Origin: an uncultured Gemmatimonadota bacterium
Lineage (GTDB): Bacteria > JAAXHH01
DNA length: 64,000 nt
Assembly: GCA_951812955.1 (NCBI GenBank)
Contig: OX638340.1
Span: forward strand, 864,001-928,000
Direction of reading: 5' to 3'
Shown here in pieces: positions 40,123 to 50,086 of this stretch. The position numbers and the translations under genes are program-made. The stretch's first letter is position 1. The number at the start of each line of letters is the position of its first letter. The notes under the pieces are model-generated. The model was not told the DNA's origin. It did not search any database and saw only the letters and a list, made by a program, of their open reading frames with translations.

Positions 40123-42195
40123 ATGGATCTGGCCTTCCTCAACGTTACTTTTCTCTTTGCGGCCCTGGGCGCGGCGATACCGCTGATCCTGCATCTGGTC
40201 AGAAGACAGCGGGCCGGGATCCATGTCTTCAGCATGGTCCGTTTCCTCGTCTCGACCCAGCGGGCCGTCGTTCGCCAGCAGAAAATCCGGCGACTGCTGC
40301 TGCTGCTGCTTCGCATGGCGGCCTGCGCGCTCCTGGCCGTGATATTCGCACGGCCCTTCGTCCGGGATCAGAACGAATCCTTCTTTACGGGCACCCAGCC
40401 TGAAGCCGTGGCGATACTGGTCGATACTTCCTACAGCATGGGATACGGGAATCGCCTCGCCCTGGCCAGGCGCAGGGCCGCGGAAGTCGTGAACACGTTG
40501 CAAACCGGCGACCAGGTCGCCCTGCTGACCTTCGCCGTTCAGGCCAGGGTCGTGCGGGAACTCGGGCCGGACCATTCCGGATTGCCCGCCCTGTTGGACA
40601 CCGGGATCAATTCGACTTTCGAAGGAACGGACTACGTTGAAGCGCTGCGCGCCGCCGACGATCAACTGAGCGGGGCGGACTTCGACAAACGCACCCTCTA
40701 CCTGGTGTCCGATTTTCAGCAGTCCGGCTGGAATCCGCGGTCGGCCGGATGGAAACTCAGTCCGGGCGTTCAGCTCAGGCTGATCGACGTCGGGGACGAG
40801 CAGGATGGCAATACGGCCGTCACCGGGGTGGAAATACCGGCCGCGCTCTCGGGCGAGAACCGGACGCTCGACGTGGTCGTCCGGGTCCGGAACTACGGGC
40901 AGGCGCCTGTCCGGGACGAACTCACGCTTCGGGTCAACGGGAACGCAGTCGAGAAGCGGCTGGTCGATATTGCTCCGCACTCAGGCCGGTTGGAGAACTT
41001 CAGGCACACTTTTGAACCGGCAACGAATACGGGCGAGGTGATCCTGGGAGATGACGAGCTTCCGGTGGACAACCGGTTTTACTTCACCGTGAATGCGCCT
41101 TCTCCCGTGCGTGTTCTCTGCCTGGAGGAGCGCAGGCGCCCGAACCGGCTGTCGGAAGCCGCATACTACCTGTCCCAGGCCCTGTCGCTGCGCCAGGATC
41201 CGCCGGTCGTGGTAGATGTACGATCCCCCCGTGCGATGCCCGAAGTCGATCCCGCGCAATACGACGTGGTCATTTCGTCCAACCTTTCCGTCCTGCCACG
41301 TAGCGCGAAGACCAGGCTGACCGACTATGTACGTTCGGGCGGAAGCTTGATTATCGCCTTGAATTCCGCCGTTTCTCCCGATATATTCCATTCGTCTTTC
41401 GGCGAACTGCTGCCTGGACGCATCGAGTCTTTGTCATCCCCCGACGCCCCACGCGACCGGTACCGGCTGTTGACCGGCGTGAACTACCAGCACCCGGTCT
41501 TTCAACCCTTCTCCGGTCCCCGGCATGGTGATTTCGGCACGGTACGGTTTTACAGGACGGCTCGGTTCGATCCAGACTCCTCGTCGTCGGTTCCGGCACG
41601 GTTCGACGACGGCAGCGCCGCGGTAGCGGAGAAGTCCCTGGGAAACGGCCGCACGTTCCTGGTCCTGACTACCTTCGATCTTTCGTGGACCGACTTTCCC
41701 ATACGCGAGGTATTCGTACCTTTTCTATACGAGAGTATCGACTACCTGGCTTCCCGCGGGTCCATGCACGGACGCGGGACCGATTTGTACCGGCTGACGG
41801 GGGAGGCGGTCAGACTGCCGGAAGATGCACGGCACGTTGAAGTTCCATCCGGCGAGCGGATCCCGGCGGAAGCGTCGCAGTCGGGAACGAAGCTGTTTAC
41901 GCGGACGGAGAGACCGGGGTTGTACCAGGTACAGTCGGAAGGAGCCCAACACGCGTTCGCGGTCAACCTCGACACCCGTGAATCCGACTTTACGAGGTTG
42001 GACGTGGAATCCTTCGCGTCTGCGCTGATCAATCCCGTGGCCCGGAGCCCGGAGTCGCGGGAAACGGAGACGCTGGCCAGGCTGGCCCTGGACTCCGAAG
42101 TGGAGCGCCGCCAGCGACTCTGGTGGTTTCTCGGATTCACGCTGATCGCACTGGTCCTCGGAGAAACTTTCCTGGCAAATCGAACGCACAGGTGA
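40123..42195 (+). CDS. BatA-like protein: N-terminal double-TM anchor plus a vWA domain plus a 400-aa C-terminal extension
   Basis: Two N-terminal TM helices with a RRLLLLLLR motif, and a MIDAS DTSYSMG motif. 690 aa. Confidence 0.7.
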   Translation: MDLAFLNVTFLFAALGAAIPLILHLVRRQRAGIHVFSMVRFLVSTQRAVVRQQKIRRLLLLLLRMAACALLAVIFARPFVRDQNESFFTGTQPEAVAILVDTSYSMGYGNRLALARRRAAEVVNTLQTGDQVALLTFAVQARVVRELGPDHSGLPALLDTGINSTFEGTDYVEALRAADDQLSGADFDKRTLYLVSDFQQSGWNPRSAGWKLSPGVQLRLIDVGDEQDGNTAVTGVEIPAALSGENRTLDVVVRVRNYGQAPVRDELTLRVNGNAVEKRLVDIAPHSGRLENFRHTFEPATNTGEVILGDDELPVDNRFYFTVNAPSPVRVLCLEERRRPNRLSEAAYYLSQALSLRQDPPVVVDVRSPRAMPEVDPAQYDVVISSNLSVLPRSAKTRLTDYVRSGGSLIIALNSAVSPDIFHSSFGELLPGRIESLSSPDAPRDRYRLLTGVNYQHPVFQPFSGPRHGDFGTVRFYRTARFDPDSSSSVPARFDDGSAAVAEKSLGNGRTFLVLTTFDLSWTDFPIREVFVPFLYESIDYLASRGSMHGRGTDLYRLTGEAVRLPEDARHVEVPSGERIPAEASQSGTKLFTRTERPGLYQVQSEGAQHAFAVNLDTRESDFTRLDVESFASALINPVARSPESRETETLARLALDSEVERRQRLWWFLGFTLIALVLGETFLANRTHR

Positions 42196-42198
42196 CCC

Positions 42199-45100
42199 AT
42201 GACATCTGAACGTTCCATCCTGCAATCCTGCCTGCGCAGCGTCCTTCGCCGCTGGCGTCTCATGTTTGTCTTCCGAGGCGTCTCGGTGCTCGCGATCGCC
42301 GGAGTGATGCTATTCATTTGCGGCGTGGCGGCCCTGCATTTGTTTGACCCCGGAGTATTCGCCCGCATCCTGTTCCTGGCCGGCGCCACGGGAGCCCTCG
42401 GTTGGCTCGCATACCGGTTCCTGCTCGTTCCGCTTCGCCGAACGCCTACGGACCTGCAGGTCGCCCGTTACATCGAAGAACGGCATCCCGCCTTGAACGA
42501 CGCCTTAGTCAGCGCCGTGGAATACGGCCATGGTCATCTTCGAAGACCGCAGAAGGTCCTCATGGACCAACTTATGGCGCACGTCGCCGACTACACCGAG
42601 CAGATCGACTTCAAAAAGATCGTAGACCGGAAGCGCTACTTTACCCTCCAGGCGGCCGCTGTCGGAGCCGCCCTCGTCCTTGCCGGCCTTGTCTTCCTGG
42701 AACCCGGGTTTTTCGGCCGTTCCGCCCTTCGCCTGGTGTCGTGGACCCATGCGGAACCGGCCGTTCCCGGAGGCATCAGGGTAGAGCCCGGCGACACGCG
42801 GGTCAGGCGAGGGGAAAGCCTGGACGTTACCGCCGTACTGGGCAGCGGTCTGACCCCGGACCCGAACCTGTTCGTCCGATTCGGAAATGACGAAAACTGG
42901 TCGACGCTGGATCTATACGAGACGGATGGCGAACGGACCTTCTCGAACCGCATCCACGGCATCAGCGAGGACGCCCTGTATTACGTCGCCGTGACCGGAA
43001 CCCGGTCGAAAGAATTCCACATTGCAGCGATCGATCCGCCCTATGTCGAACGGATCGACGCCCGGTATGTCTTCCCGGCATACACGGAGCTGGCCGCGAA
43101 GGTCGAGGAAGACCGCGGGGACATTACGGCGCCGGTGGACACGCGGGTCGCCCTGCGCATCACTGCGAGCAAGGCGGTGCGTTCCGCCGAGATGCGCTTC
43201 AGCAACGGTCGCGCGTTGGAACTCGCGGTTACCGGGTCAGACCTCGAGGGATCATTCGTCGTGCGAGAGGATCTCTCCTATTCCATACACCTGGTGGACT
43301 CGGACGACTTCGCAAATGACGACCCGGTGGAATACTACGTCCGGGCGCTGCAGGACCGGGCGCCCCGGGTGACCATCCTCGAACCGAAGCGGGATACACG
43401 GGTATCCCCTGTCGATGAGGTGACCATTCGCGCCGAGGCCGTGGATGATTTCGGCCTATCGACCTTCTCTCTCAATTACGCGGTGAACGGCGGCGAGGAA
43501 GTCCTGGTGGACCTGGGTGCGCTGCAGGACGAATCGAGCGGCACGGTCTGGGAAGGGGAACATGTGGTCTACCTGGAGAATCTTTCGGTCCAGCCGGGCG
43601 ATTTCGTCGCCTATTACGCGGAGGCGGGTGATCGCCGGAGCGAGGGCGGCACGTCCGCGACGGACATTTACTTTATCGAAATCACGCCTTTCGATGCGTC
43701 CTACCGGCAGGGCGAGGGCGGAAGCGGTGGCGGAGGAGGAGGTGCCGGGAACGACGTGATGCAGACGAGACAGCTTTCTCGCAAGCAGAAGGAGATCATC
43801 TCGGCCACGTGGCGCGTAAAGAGAACGCTCGCGTCAGTCCCCGGGACGGAGGTAGCGGAAGACCTCGAAGCGATCGCCGAGGTCCAGGACGCACTTAGGA
43901 GCCAGGCGGATGAAGCGCTCGCGTTCATGCGGTTCACGGTCGGGATTTCGAGCGAGTCCATGGAAATGGTCGAAATGCTGGAGCTGGCGCTGGAACCGAT
44001 GTCGGCCGCCTCCGAAGCACTGCGGTCCGGTTCGGTCGACGATGCCCTGGTCCACGAGCGTTTAGCGCTTATGTACCTCACGAGGCTCGATGCGCTGATG
44101 CGGGATTTTACTGTGAACAGGGCACGCGGCATGGCGGGCAGGGCTCCGCTGGACTTCTCCGACACCTCCGAACTCGAGCTGGAGGATGAAAGGAACAGGT
44201 ACGAGGTACCCGATCAGCCGGCCCTGGATCGCCAGAGGGAGCGGAGCATCGAAGAGCACCATCAACGTGTCCAGGACCTGGCCCGGCGCCAACAACAACT
44301 GAATAACCAGCTCCGGGAGCTGACGGAGGTGGAAGATCGCCAGGAAGCCGAACGCCGCAGGGAATTGGACCGCCTGACCAGGACGCAGCGTGAGCTCAGG
44401 GAAGAGACGGAGGAAATCGCGCGATCGCTCTCCGGGAACCGGACCGATCCGGCCAATCGGGACCCGCGATCGGGCTCCCCCGGTCCCATGCTGGAGCAAG
44501 CGAACCAGGATCTGCGTGACAGTTCCGAGTCGATGGGCGAAACGATCGAGCAACTGCGCAGGAACCAGCTGCGGCCAGCAGCGGAAGACGGCGCTCAGAC
44601 CGCACAGCATCTGGCCGACGCGTCCAGACAACTGAAGCGTGCGCAGGGGGAGTCGCTGGAGCGGCTGGCGAGGGAAGCGGCTAGACAGGCGGATCAGCTG
44701 GCTGTCCGGCAGGAACAACTCGAACGGAACGTCAACGCGTTGAAAGAGGAGAAGGATAACGGCTTCGAGGGCATCATCAACCGTTTGGACGCGATCGAAT
44801 CGCGGCGCGGCGGCCTGGACCTGGAGTCGGATACGCGGCGCCTGGACCGGTTTGTGCGCGAACGGTTGAGGGGGGTCGAAGCGGCAAAGGACGAAATCCG
44901 TTCCGATCTCGAACGGCTAGAGAGCGACCTGGACCACCTCGCCCGGAGTTCGTCCCGTGCGCAGGCCGGGACGGCGGCAGCCGCGGATCGGGCCAGCGAG
45001 ATGATCGATGACGAGCGGTTGAAAGAACAGATCGAGCAATCGAAGCGCCTTTTGAGACGGGACACCCTGGACCAGTCCGCCCTCAGGGAGTCGGAAATCT

Positions 45101-45624
45101 CCGAAGCAATGGACCGGCTGGCGGAACAGGTCCGTACCGCGCGGGACAAGCTGATTACCCGGGACATGGATCATCTGTCCCGTACGCAGGAAAGCGCTCG
45201 GGATGCCATGTCCGAATGGCAGAACCTCCAACGGCAGCTATTCAGATTGAACCGCGGCATTCCCAATTCCGAGACCCTGGACCAGATTTCCCGGGATTAC
45301 CAGCGTCAGTTGCAGCGTCTGCGGGATCTTTCGGGTCAGGTTCCGCAGATGTCCGGAGAAACGCGGCAGTTGCAGAACGACCTGGACCGAGCGCTCGCCC
45401 TCGGCAATGAACCGTGGAAGATCGACCGGGGCCAATGGAACGAACTCCATCTCAACCTGGCCCGCAGTCTCGGTGATTTCTACGACGGGCTGCGCGCGGA
45501 GGTACGGGATATGCGCCGCAAGGAGCGTCTCTACCTGGCCAGGGAAGAGGATGTACCCCCGGGATACAGGGACCTCGTGAATGACTATTTCGAGAAGCTC
45601 TCAAAAAACGGGGACAGCAACTGA
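42199..45624 (+). CDS. Large (1141 aa) membrane-anchored protein, DUF4175-like: 2 TM, a beta-rich region, a Gly-rich hinge and a ~600-aa charged coiled coil
   Basis: TM helices at residues about 20-75. Gly run GEGGSGGGGGGAGND at about 43711-43752. The C-terminal half is dominated by R/E/Q/L/D heptad-like sequence. It is the last gene of the MoxR-DUF58-vWA module. Confidence 0.5.
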   Translation: MTSERSILQSCLRSVLRRWRLMFVFRGVSVLAIAGVMLFICGVAALHLFDPGVFARILFLAGATGALGWLAYRFLLVPLRRTPTDLQVARYIEERHPALNDALVSAVEYGHGHLRRPQKVLMDQLMAHVADYTEQIDFKKIVDRKRYFTLQAAAVGAALVLAGLVFLEPGFFGRSALRLVSWTHAEPAVPGGIRVEPGDTRVRRGESLDVTAVLGSGLTPDPNLFVRFGNDENWSTLDLYETDGERTFSNRIHGISEDALYYVAVTGTRSKEFHIAAIDPPYVERIDARYVFPAYTELAAKVEEDRGDITAPVDTRVALRITASKAVRSAEMRFSNGRALELAVTGSDLEGSFVVREDLSYSIHLVDSDDFANDDPVEYYVRALQDRAPRVTILEPKRDTRVSPVDEVTIRAEAVDDFGLSTFSLNYAVNGGEEVLVDLGALQDESSGTVWEGEHVVYLENLSVQPGDFVAYYAEAGDRRSEGGTSATDIYFIEITPFDASYRQGEGGSGGGGGGAGNDVMQTRQLSRKQKEIISATWRVKRTLASVPGTEVAEDLEAIAEVQDALRSQADEALAFMRFTVGISSESMEMVEMLELALEPMSAASEALRSGSVDDALVHERLALMYLTRLDALMRDFTVNRARGMAGRAPLDFSDTSELELEDERNRYEVPDQPALDRQRERSIEEHHQRVQDLARRQQQLNNQLRELTEVEDRQEAERRRELDRLTRTQRELREETEEIARSLSGNRTDPANRDPRSGSPGPMLEQANQDLRDSSESMGETIEQLRRNQLRPAAEDGAQTAQHLADASRQLKRAQGESLERLAREAARQADQLAVRQEQLERNVNALKEEKDNGFEGIINRLDAIESRRGGLDLESDTRRLDRFVRERLRGVEAAKDEIRSDLERLESDLDHLARSSSRAQAGTAAAADRASEMIDDERLKEQIEQSKRLLRRDTLDQSALRESEISEAMDRLAEQVRTARDKLITRDMDHLSRTQESARDAMSEWQNLQRQLFRLNRGIPNSETLDQISRDYQRQLQRLRDLSGQVPQMSGETRQLQNDLDRALALGNEPWKIDRGQWNELHLNLARSLGDFYDGLRAEVRDMRRKERLYLAREEDVPPGYRDLVNDYFEKLSKNGDSN

Positions 45625-45675
45625 AGGCATCGGCCGGCGGTCCCTTAAGACCGCGGCCGCCTGTATCTCCACACC

Positions 45676-46656
45676 ATGCCCACCGCATTGATCAGCCATC
45701 CCGATCTCCTGCTGCACGACACAGGCTCCTTCCATCCCGAACGGCCGGAGCGCATTACGTCCGTTCTTTCCCACCTCGGCGTGTCCGGCGACGAATCCAG
45801 CAACGAATCCGGCGACGAATCCCCCGGCACGAACCGGACCGGCCTGGTGCGCCTGTCGCCGTCCGCAGCCGATGAAGCCCGGATCAAGGCCGTCCACGAT
45901 GCGTCGTATGTCGACGCGGTAGCGGCGTGGTGCGCGGAAGGGTACCGGATTCTGCCCACCGGGGACACGACCCTTTCTTCCGCATCCGAGACCGTGGCCC
46001 GAATGGCTGCCGGCGCGGCAATACGAGCCGTCGACGCGGTACTGTCCAGGGAAGCGGACCGGGCATTCTGTGCCATCCGTCCTCCCGGGCATCATGCCGA
46101 ATCCGACCGGGGGATGGGCTTCTGCATCTACAACAACGCCGCCGTCGCGGCCCGTTACGCCCAGTCCCGCTTCGGGGTGGAACGGGTGGTCATCCTGGAC
46201 TGGGATGTCCACCACGGTAACGGGACCCAGGAGATTTTCGAGGACGACCCGTCCGTGTACTATATCAGCGTTCACCAGTCACCGCTCTATCCCTTTACCG
46301 GTGCTATGTGGGAAAAGGGCAGGGGAGAAGGGACGGGGTACACGATGAACGTCCCGGTTGCCGCGGGGTCCGGCGACGCGGTTTTCGTCGACGTGCTGCG
46401 CGGGCAGGTCATCCCGGCCATGAAGTCCTACCAACCGGATCTCCTCATTCTATCGGCGGGATTCGACGCCCACGTGGACGACCCGCTGTCCGGTACCCTG
46501 GTCACCGACGCGGGATTCCAGACCATGTCGCGCATCCTGATGGACTTCGTGGACGACGCCTGCGGGGGCCGCCTCGTATCCCTGCTGGAGGGCGGTTATG
46601 ATCTTGAAGTCCTGGGCCGGTGCGTCGCGGACCACGTAGGCATGATGGCGTCCTGA
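45676..46656 (+). CDS. Histone-deacetylase-family (AcuC/HDAC-like) deacetylase
   Basis: Motifs GFCIYNNAA, DWDVHHGNGTQ and GGGY. It has a small SGDESSNESGDES repeat insert. Confidence 0.85.
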   Translation: MPTALISHPDLLLHDTGSFHPERPERITSVLSHLGVSGDESSNESGDESPGTNRTGLVRLSPSAADEARIKAVHDASYVDAVAAWCAEGYRILPTGDTTLSSASETVARMAAGAAIRAVDAVLSREADRAFCAIRPPGHHAESDRGMGFCIYNNAAVAARYAQSRFGVERVVILDWDVHHGNGTQEIFEDDPSVYYISVHQSPLYPFTGAMWEKGRGEGTGYTMNVPVAAGSGDAVFVDVLRGQVIPAMKSYQPDLLILSAGFDAHVDDPLSGTLVTDAGFQTMSRILMDFVDDACGGRLVSLLEGGYDLEVLGRCVADHVGMMAS

Positions 46657-46726
46657 CACCCACTGTTAAACACGATGCCAGGCTGCATTTCCCGGAAAGT
46701 AGCGCACAACCTGTGACCATCTGCCA

Positions 46727-48152
46727 ATGAGACGAGAAGACTACCTGCAATGGGCCGAACGCGCGGCCCAATGGGGCGCCAGTTACCTGGCTACGCTCGA
46801 AGACCGTCCCGTCCGGGCGCAGACCGAACCGGGCGAAATCGCCGCGATGCTGCCGGTTATGCCACCGGAAGAGCCGGTGGACATGGAGACGATCTTCGAC
46901 GATTTCGAGCGCATCGTGCCGGACGGTATGACCCACTGGCAACACCGCCGTTTTTTCGCGTACTTCAGCGCCAACGCCGCGCCGGCTTCGATGATCGCCG
47001 AACACTTGACGGCCGTCATGGCGGCCCAATGCATGCTCTGGCAGACCTCGCCCGCGGCTACGGAGATCGAGACCCGCATGGTCGACTGGATGCGACAGGC
47101 ACTCGGTCTGCCGGAGGGGTTTCGCGGGGTTATCCAGGAGTCGGGCACCTCGGCGAATATCTGCGCCGTACTGACCATGCGAGAGCGCGCACTCGACTGG
47201 CGTGGGAACGACACCGGATTGGCGGGAGAGCATCAGCTCCGAATCTACGCCTCGCCGGAGGGCCATTCGTCGATCGACAAGGCGATCCGGATCACCGGTA
47301 TCGGCCAACAGCATCTCGTCAAAATCCCGACAGATGGTTCCTGGGCACTCGACCCTGATGCCCTTGGCCGTTCAATCGAAGCGGACCTCGCGGCGGGCTT
47401 CCGGCCGGCCGGTGTCATCCTCTGCGTCGGAGGCACGTCGATCGGCGCCTCTGACCACGTGCGCAAGACAATCGAAGTATCACGGGCATACGGGGCTCTA
47501 CGTCCATGTGGATGCGGCGTGGGCCGGTTCCGCGATGATCTGTCCCGAACTGCGGGCATTGTGGACGGGCGTCGAAGGCGCAGACAGCATCGTCTTCAAT
47601 CCGCACAAGTGGCTTGGCGCACAGTTCGACTGCTCGATCCAGTTTCTTGCAGACCCCGAACCGCAGGTACATACGCTGGGAATCCGACCGGATTATCTCG
47701 AAACCCTGGACCAGCGCGATATAACCAATTACAGCGAATGGACGATCCCTCTGGGGCGGCGCTTCCGCGCCCTGAAGCTATGGTTTCTGCTCCGTGCCCA
47801 CGGTCTGGAGGACCTCCGCAACCGTATCCGGAACCATATCGCCTGGGCAGGGGAGGCCGCGGACGCTATCGCATCGCTGGACGGATTTCGCCTGGCGACG
47901 GAACGCCATTTGGCACTCTTCACGTTCCAGTATGCTCCTGATGGTGTGCATGCCGACGACGCCACCGAACGCCTGCTTCGCGCCGTCAACGATGACGGTC
48001 GGATCTATTTGACGCACACAGTTCACGAGGGACGGTTCGTCATCCGCTTCCAGATCGGACAGTTCGATTGCCGGCGGGAGGACGTGCTCTTCGCAGTCGA
48101 GGTGCTGCGTGAGCTGGCCACTAAAGTAAACGTGAGCTGGCCACCAAATTGA
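46727..48152 (+). pseudogene. Aromatic-L-amino-acid / group-II PLP decarboxylase split by a +1 frameshift in a GGGG run at about 47492-47495
   Basis: Frame A covers the N-terminal 255 aa (...GTSIGASDHVRKTIEVSRAYG). Frame B continues LYVHVDAAWAGS...NPHKWL (PLP-lysine motif) to 48152. Removing one G restores YGLYVHVDAAWAG, and the total of about 475 aa equals the family length. Confidence 0.75.
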
Positions 48153-48241
48153 AAATGTAATGGCGCGTCTGCGTGACCGGGGATCGGTGTATACCGGATC
48201 GGCACAAGTCCACACAACGCTACATCAAAGGAGATCAGGCC

Positions 48242-49195
48242 GTGCAGTACAGAATTCTGGGCCGGACCGGCTTAAGCGTTTCCGAAGTTTCCCTCGGAAC
48301 AGTAGAACTGGGTATGGAGTACGGGCTGAAGGAAGACGGCGAATCCAGCGTACCAGCGGAGACCGTTGCCAGGAACCTGCTGAACCGGGCAATCGATTCG
48401 GGCGTGAACTTCATCGACACCGCGGCCCAGTACGGCAACAGCGAGGAGATCATCGGCCGGGCGCTCAAAGACCGACGGTCCGAATACGTGCTCGCCACCA
48501 AGTGCATGCACCGGCTCGATGAAGGACTCGATTACCCCGGATCGAGACGGAGCATCTCCGAGTCGATAGACCAGAGCCTGTCCAGGCTCCAGACGGGCCA
48601 CATCGACCTGCTCCAGATACATGGCCGGGACAGCATTGAGCTGGAACAGCGGATGATCAGGGACGGCGAGGTGATGGATGAGCTCGAGAAGGCCCGAAAG
48701 GCGGGCAAGGTGCGCTACTTAGGTTATTCGTCCTACAGCAAAGAGGCCGCGCTGGCAGCCATCGAGGACGGCCGGTGGGACACGCTTCAGATCGCGTGCA
48801 ACATCCTGGACCGGCGTAACCTGAAACGCGTCATTCCCGAGGCACGCAGGCGCGGCGTGGGGGTCATCGTGCGATCCGCACTGCTGAAAGGCGCCTTGAC
48901 CGAGAAAATCAGGTTCATGCCGGAAAAGCTGAAGCCCCTCAGCGAGCACATCGACCGGCTGGTCGAAATCCAGTCAGCGACCCCTTACAGTCTGCCTGAA
49001 CTGGCCCTTCGCTTCGTGCTTTCCATCCCGGACATCTCCACCATCATCGTGGGCGTCGACAGGATGAAATACCTGGAAGAAGCCGTTTCCACGTCGGATG
49101 GCCTGGGGCTGAGCGTGGAGTTGCGCTTGAAGCTGGACGACATGTCGCTGGACGACCCGTTCCTGCTCAATCCAGGCAACTGGGGCATTCCCTGA
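48242..49195 (+). CDS. Aldo/keto reductase family oxidoreductase
   Basis: GTVELGMEYG, IDTAAQYGNSEE and LLQIHGRD motifs. Start placed at the GTG at 48242, 7 nt after an AAAGGAGA Shine-Dalgarno; the track's ATG at 48173 has none. Confidence 0.75.
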   Translation: MQYRILGRTGLSVSEVSLGTVELGMEYGLKEDGESSVPAETVARNLLNRAIDSGVNFIDTAAQYGNSEEIIGRALKDRRSEYVLATKCMHRLDEGLDYPGSRRSISESIDQSLSRLQTGHIDLLQIHGRDSIELEQRMIRDGEVMDELEKARKAGKVRYLGYSSYSKEAALAAIEDGRWDTLQIACNILDRRNLKRVIPEARRRGVGVIVRSALLKGALTEKIRFMPEKLKPLSEHIDRLVEIQSATPYSLPELALRFVLSIPDISTIIVGVDRMKYLEEAVSTSDGLGLSVELRLKLDDMSLDDPFLLNPGNWGIP

Positions 49196-49233
49196 AAGCC
49201 GCCTCGCGGCCAGTACCGCCGAAAGCCCTGGAT

Positions 49234-49851
49234 TCAATCCATTTTGCGGTACACCCCGACCACCTTCCCCACGATGGACACCTCATCGGCAATTATGGGT
49301 TCCATGGTCGGATGGGCGGGCACGAGCTCGAAGCGGTTGTTGCGGCGATAGAATCTCTTGACCGTGGCCTCGTCGTCCAGCATCGCGACGACCGTTTCAC
49401 CCGTCTCGGCCACGGGCTGCTCGCGGACCAGGACGTAATCGCCGTCCATGATGCCGTCTTGAATCATGCTGTCCCCATGTACCTCCAGGGCAAATACATT
49501 GCCGTCCTGCTTCACCATGCCGACTGGAAAAGTCATGTACTCTTCGATGTTCTCTTCGGCAAGAATCGGCAGTCCCGCGGCTACGCGGCCGAGGAGGGGA
49601 ACCCGAACTACGTCTTCTGCGCCCGGTGCCCCGGTATCCCTTGAACCCACGATTTCTATCGCACGGGGCTTCATGGGGTCGCGCCGGATATGGCCTTTTT
49701 TCTCGATCGCCCGAAGGTGATCGTACGCCGCGCGGGTACTAATTCCGAAATGCTGTGCGATCTCCCTGACACTGGGTGGATACCCTATCCGGCCGACATT
49801 TTTGCGTATATACTCGTATACGTTCTGCTGCTTGGCCGTTAGCGCTTTCAT
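49234..49851 (-). CDS. lexA: LexA repressor (S24 peptidase)
   Basis: N-terminal wHTH (LTAKQQNVYEYI...REIAQHFG), a cleavage-site region (AAGLP), a catalytic Ser in GDSM and a Lys in TVKRF. Start at MKALTAKQ, which has an AGGAG Shine-Dalgarno. Confidence 0.88.
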   Translation of the reverse strand: MKALTAKQQNVYEYIRKNVGRIGYPPSVREIAQHFGISTRAAYDHLRAIEKKGHIRRDPMKPRAIEIVGSRDTGAPGAEDVVRVPLLGRVAAGLPILAEENIEEYMTFPVGMVKQDGNVFALEVHGDSMIQDGIMDGDYVLVREQPVAETGETVVAMLDDEATVKRFYRRNNRFELVPAHPTMEPIIADEVSIVGKVVGVYRKMD

Positions 49852-49912
49852 GAGGATGAACTCCTGAGCTTCAAGCAGACGATATTGCGCTCCTGAGGGA
49901 ATATGACCGAGA

Positions 49913-49941
49913 AATATACACAACATACGGTTAGTCGTCAA
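49913..49941 (-). promoter_or_regulatory. Candidate sigma70-type promoter for lexA (TTGACG - 17 nt - TATATT in gene orientation)
   Basis: Reverse complement of 49913-49941 reads TTGACGACTAACCGTATGTTGTGTATATT, about 60 nt upstream of the lexA ATG. Confidence 0.4.
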
Positions 49942-50086
49942 GCGATTATTTTCGATTCCGTCACCGGTCCGCATTGATCACGCGATTGGATTTATGCTCA
50001 GGCCGGCGCTAAAAATCCATGTGCATGGACCGGCGGCGGGCTTATATTGAGTCGACCCTTAAGAGCCAGGAAAACAGGAGACCGCC

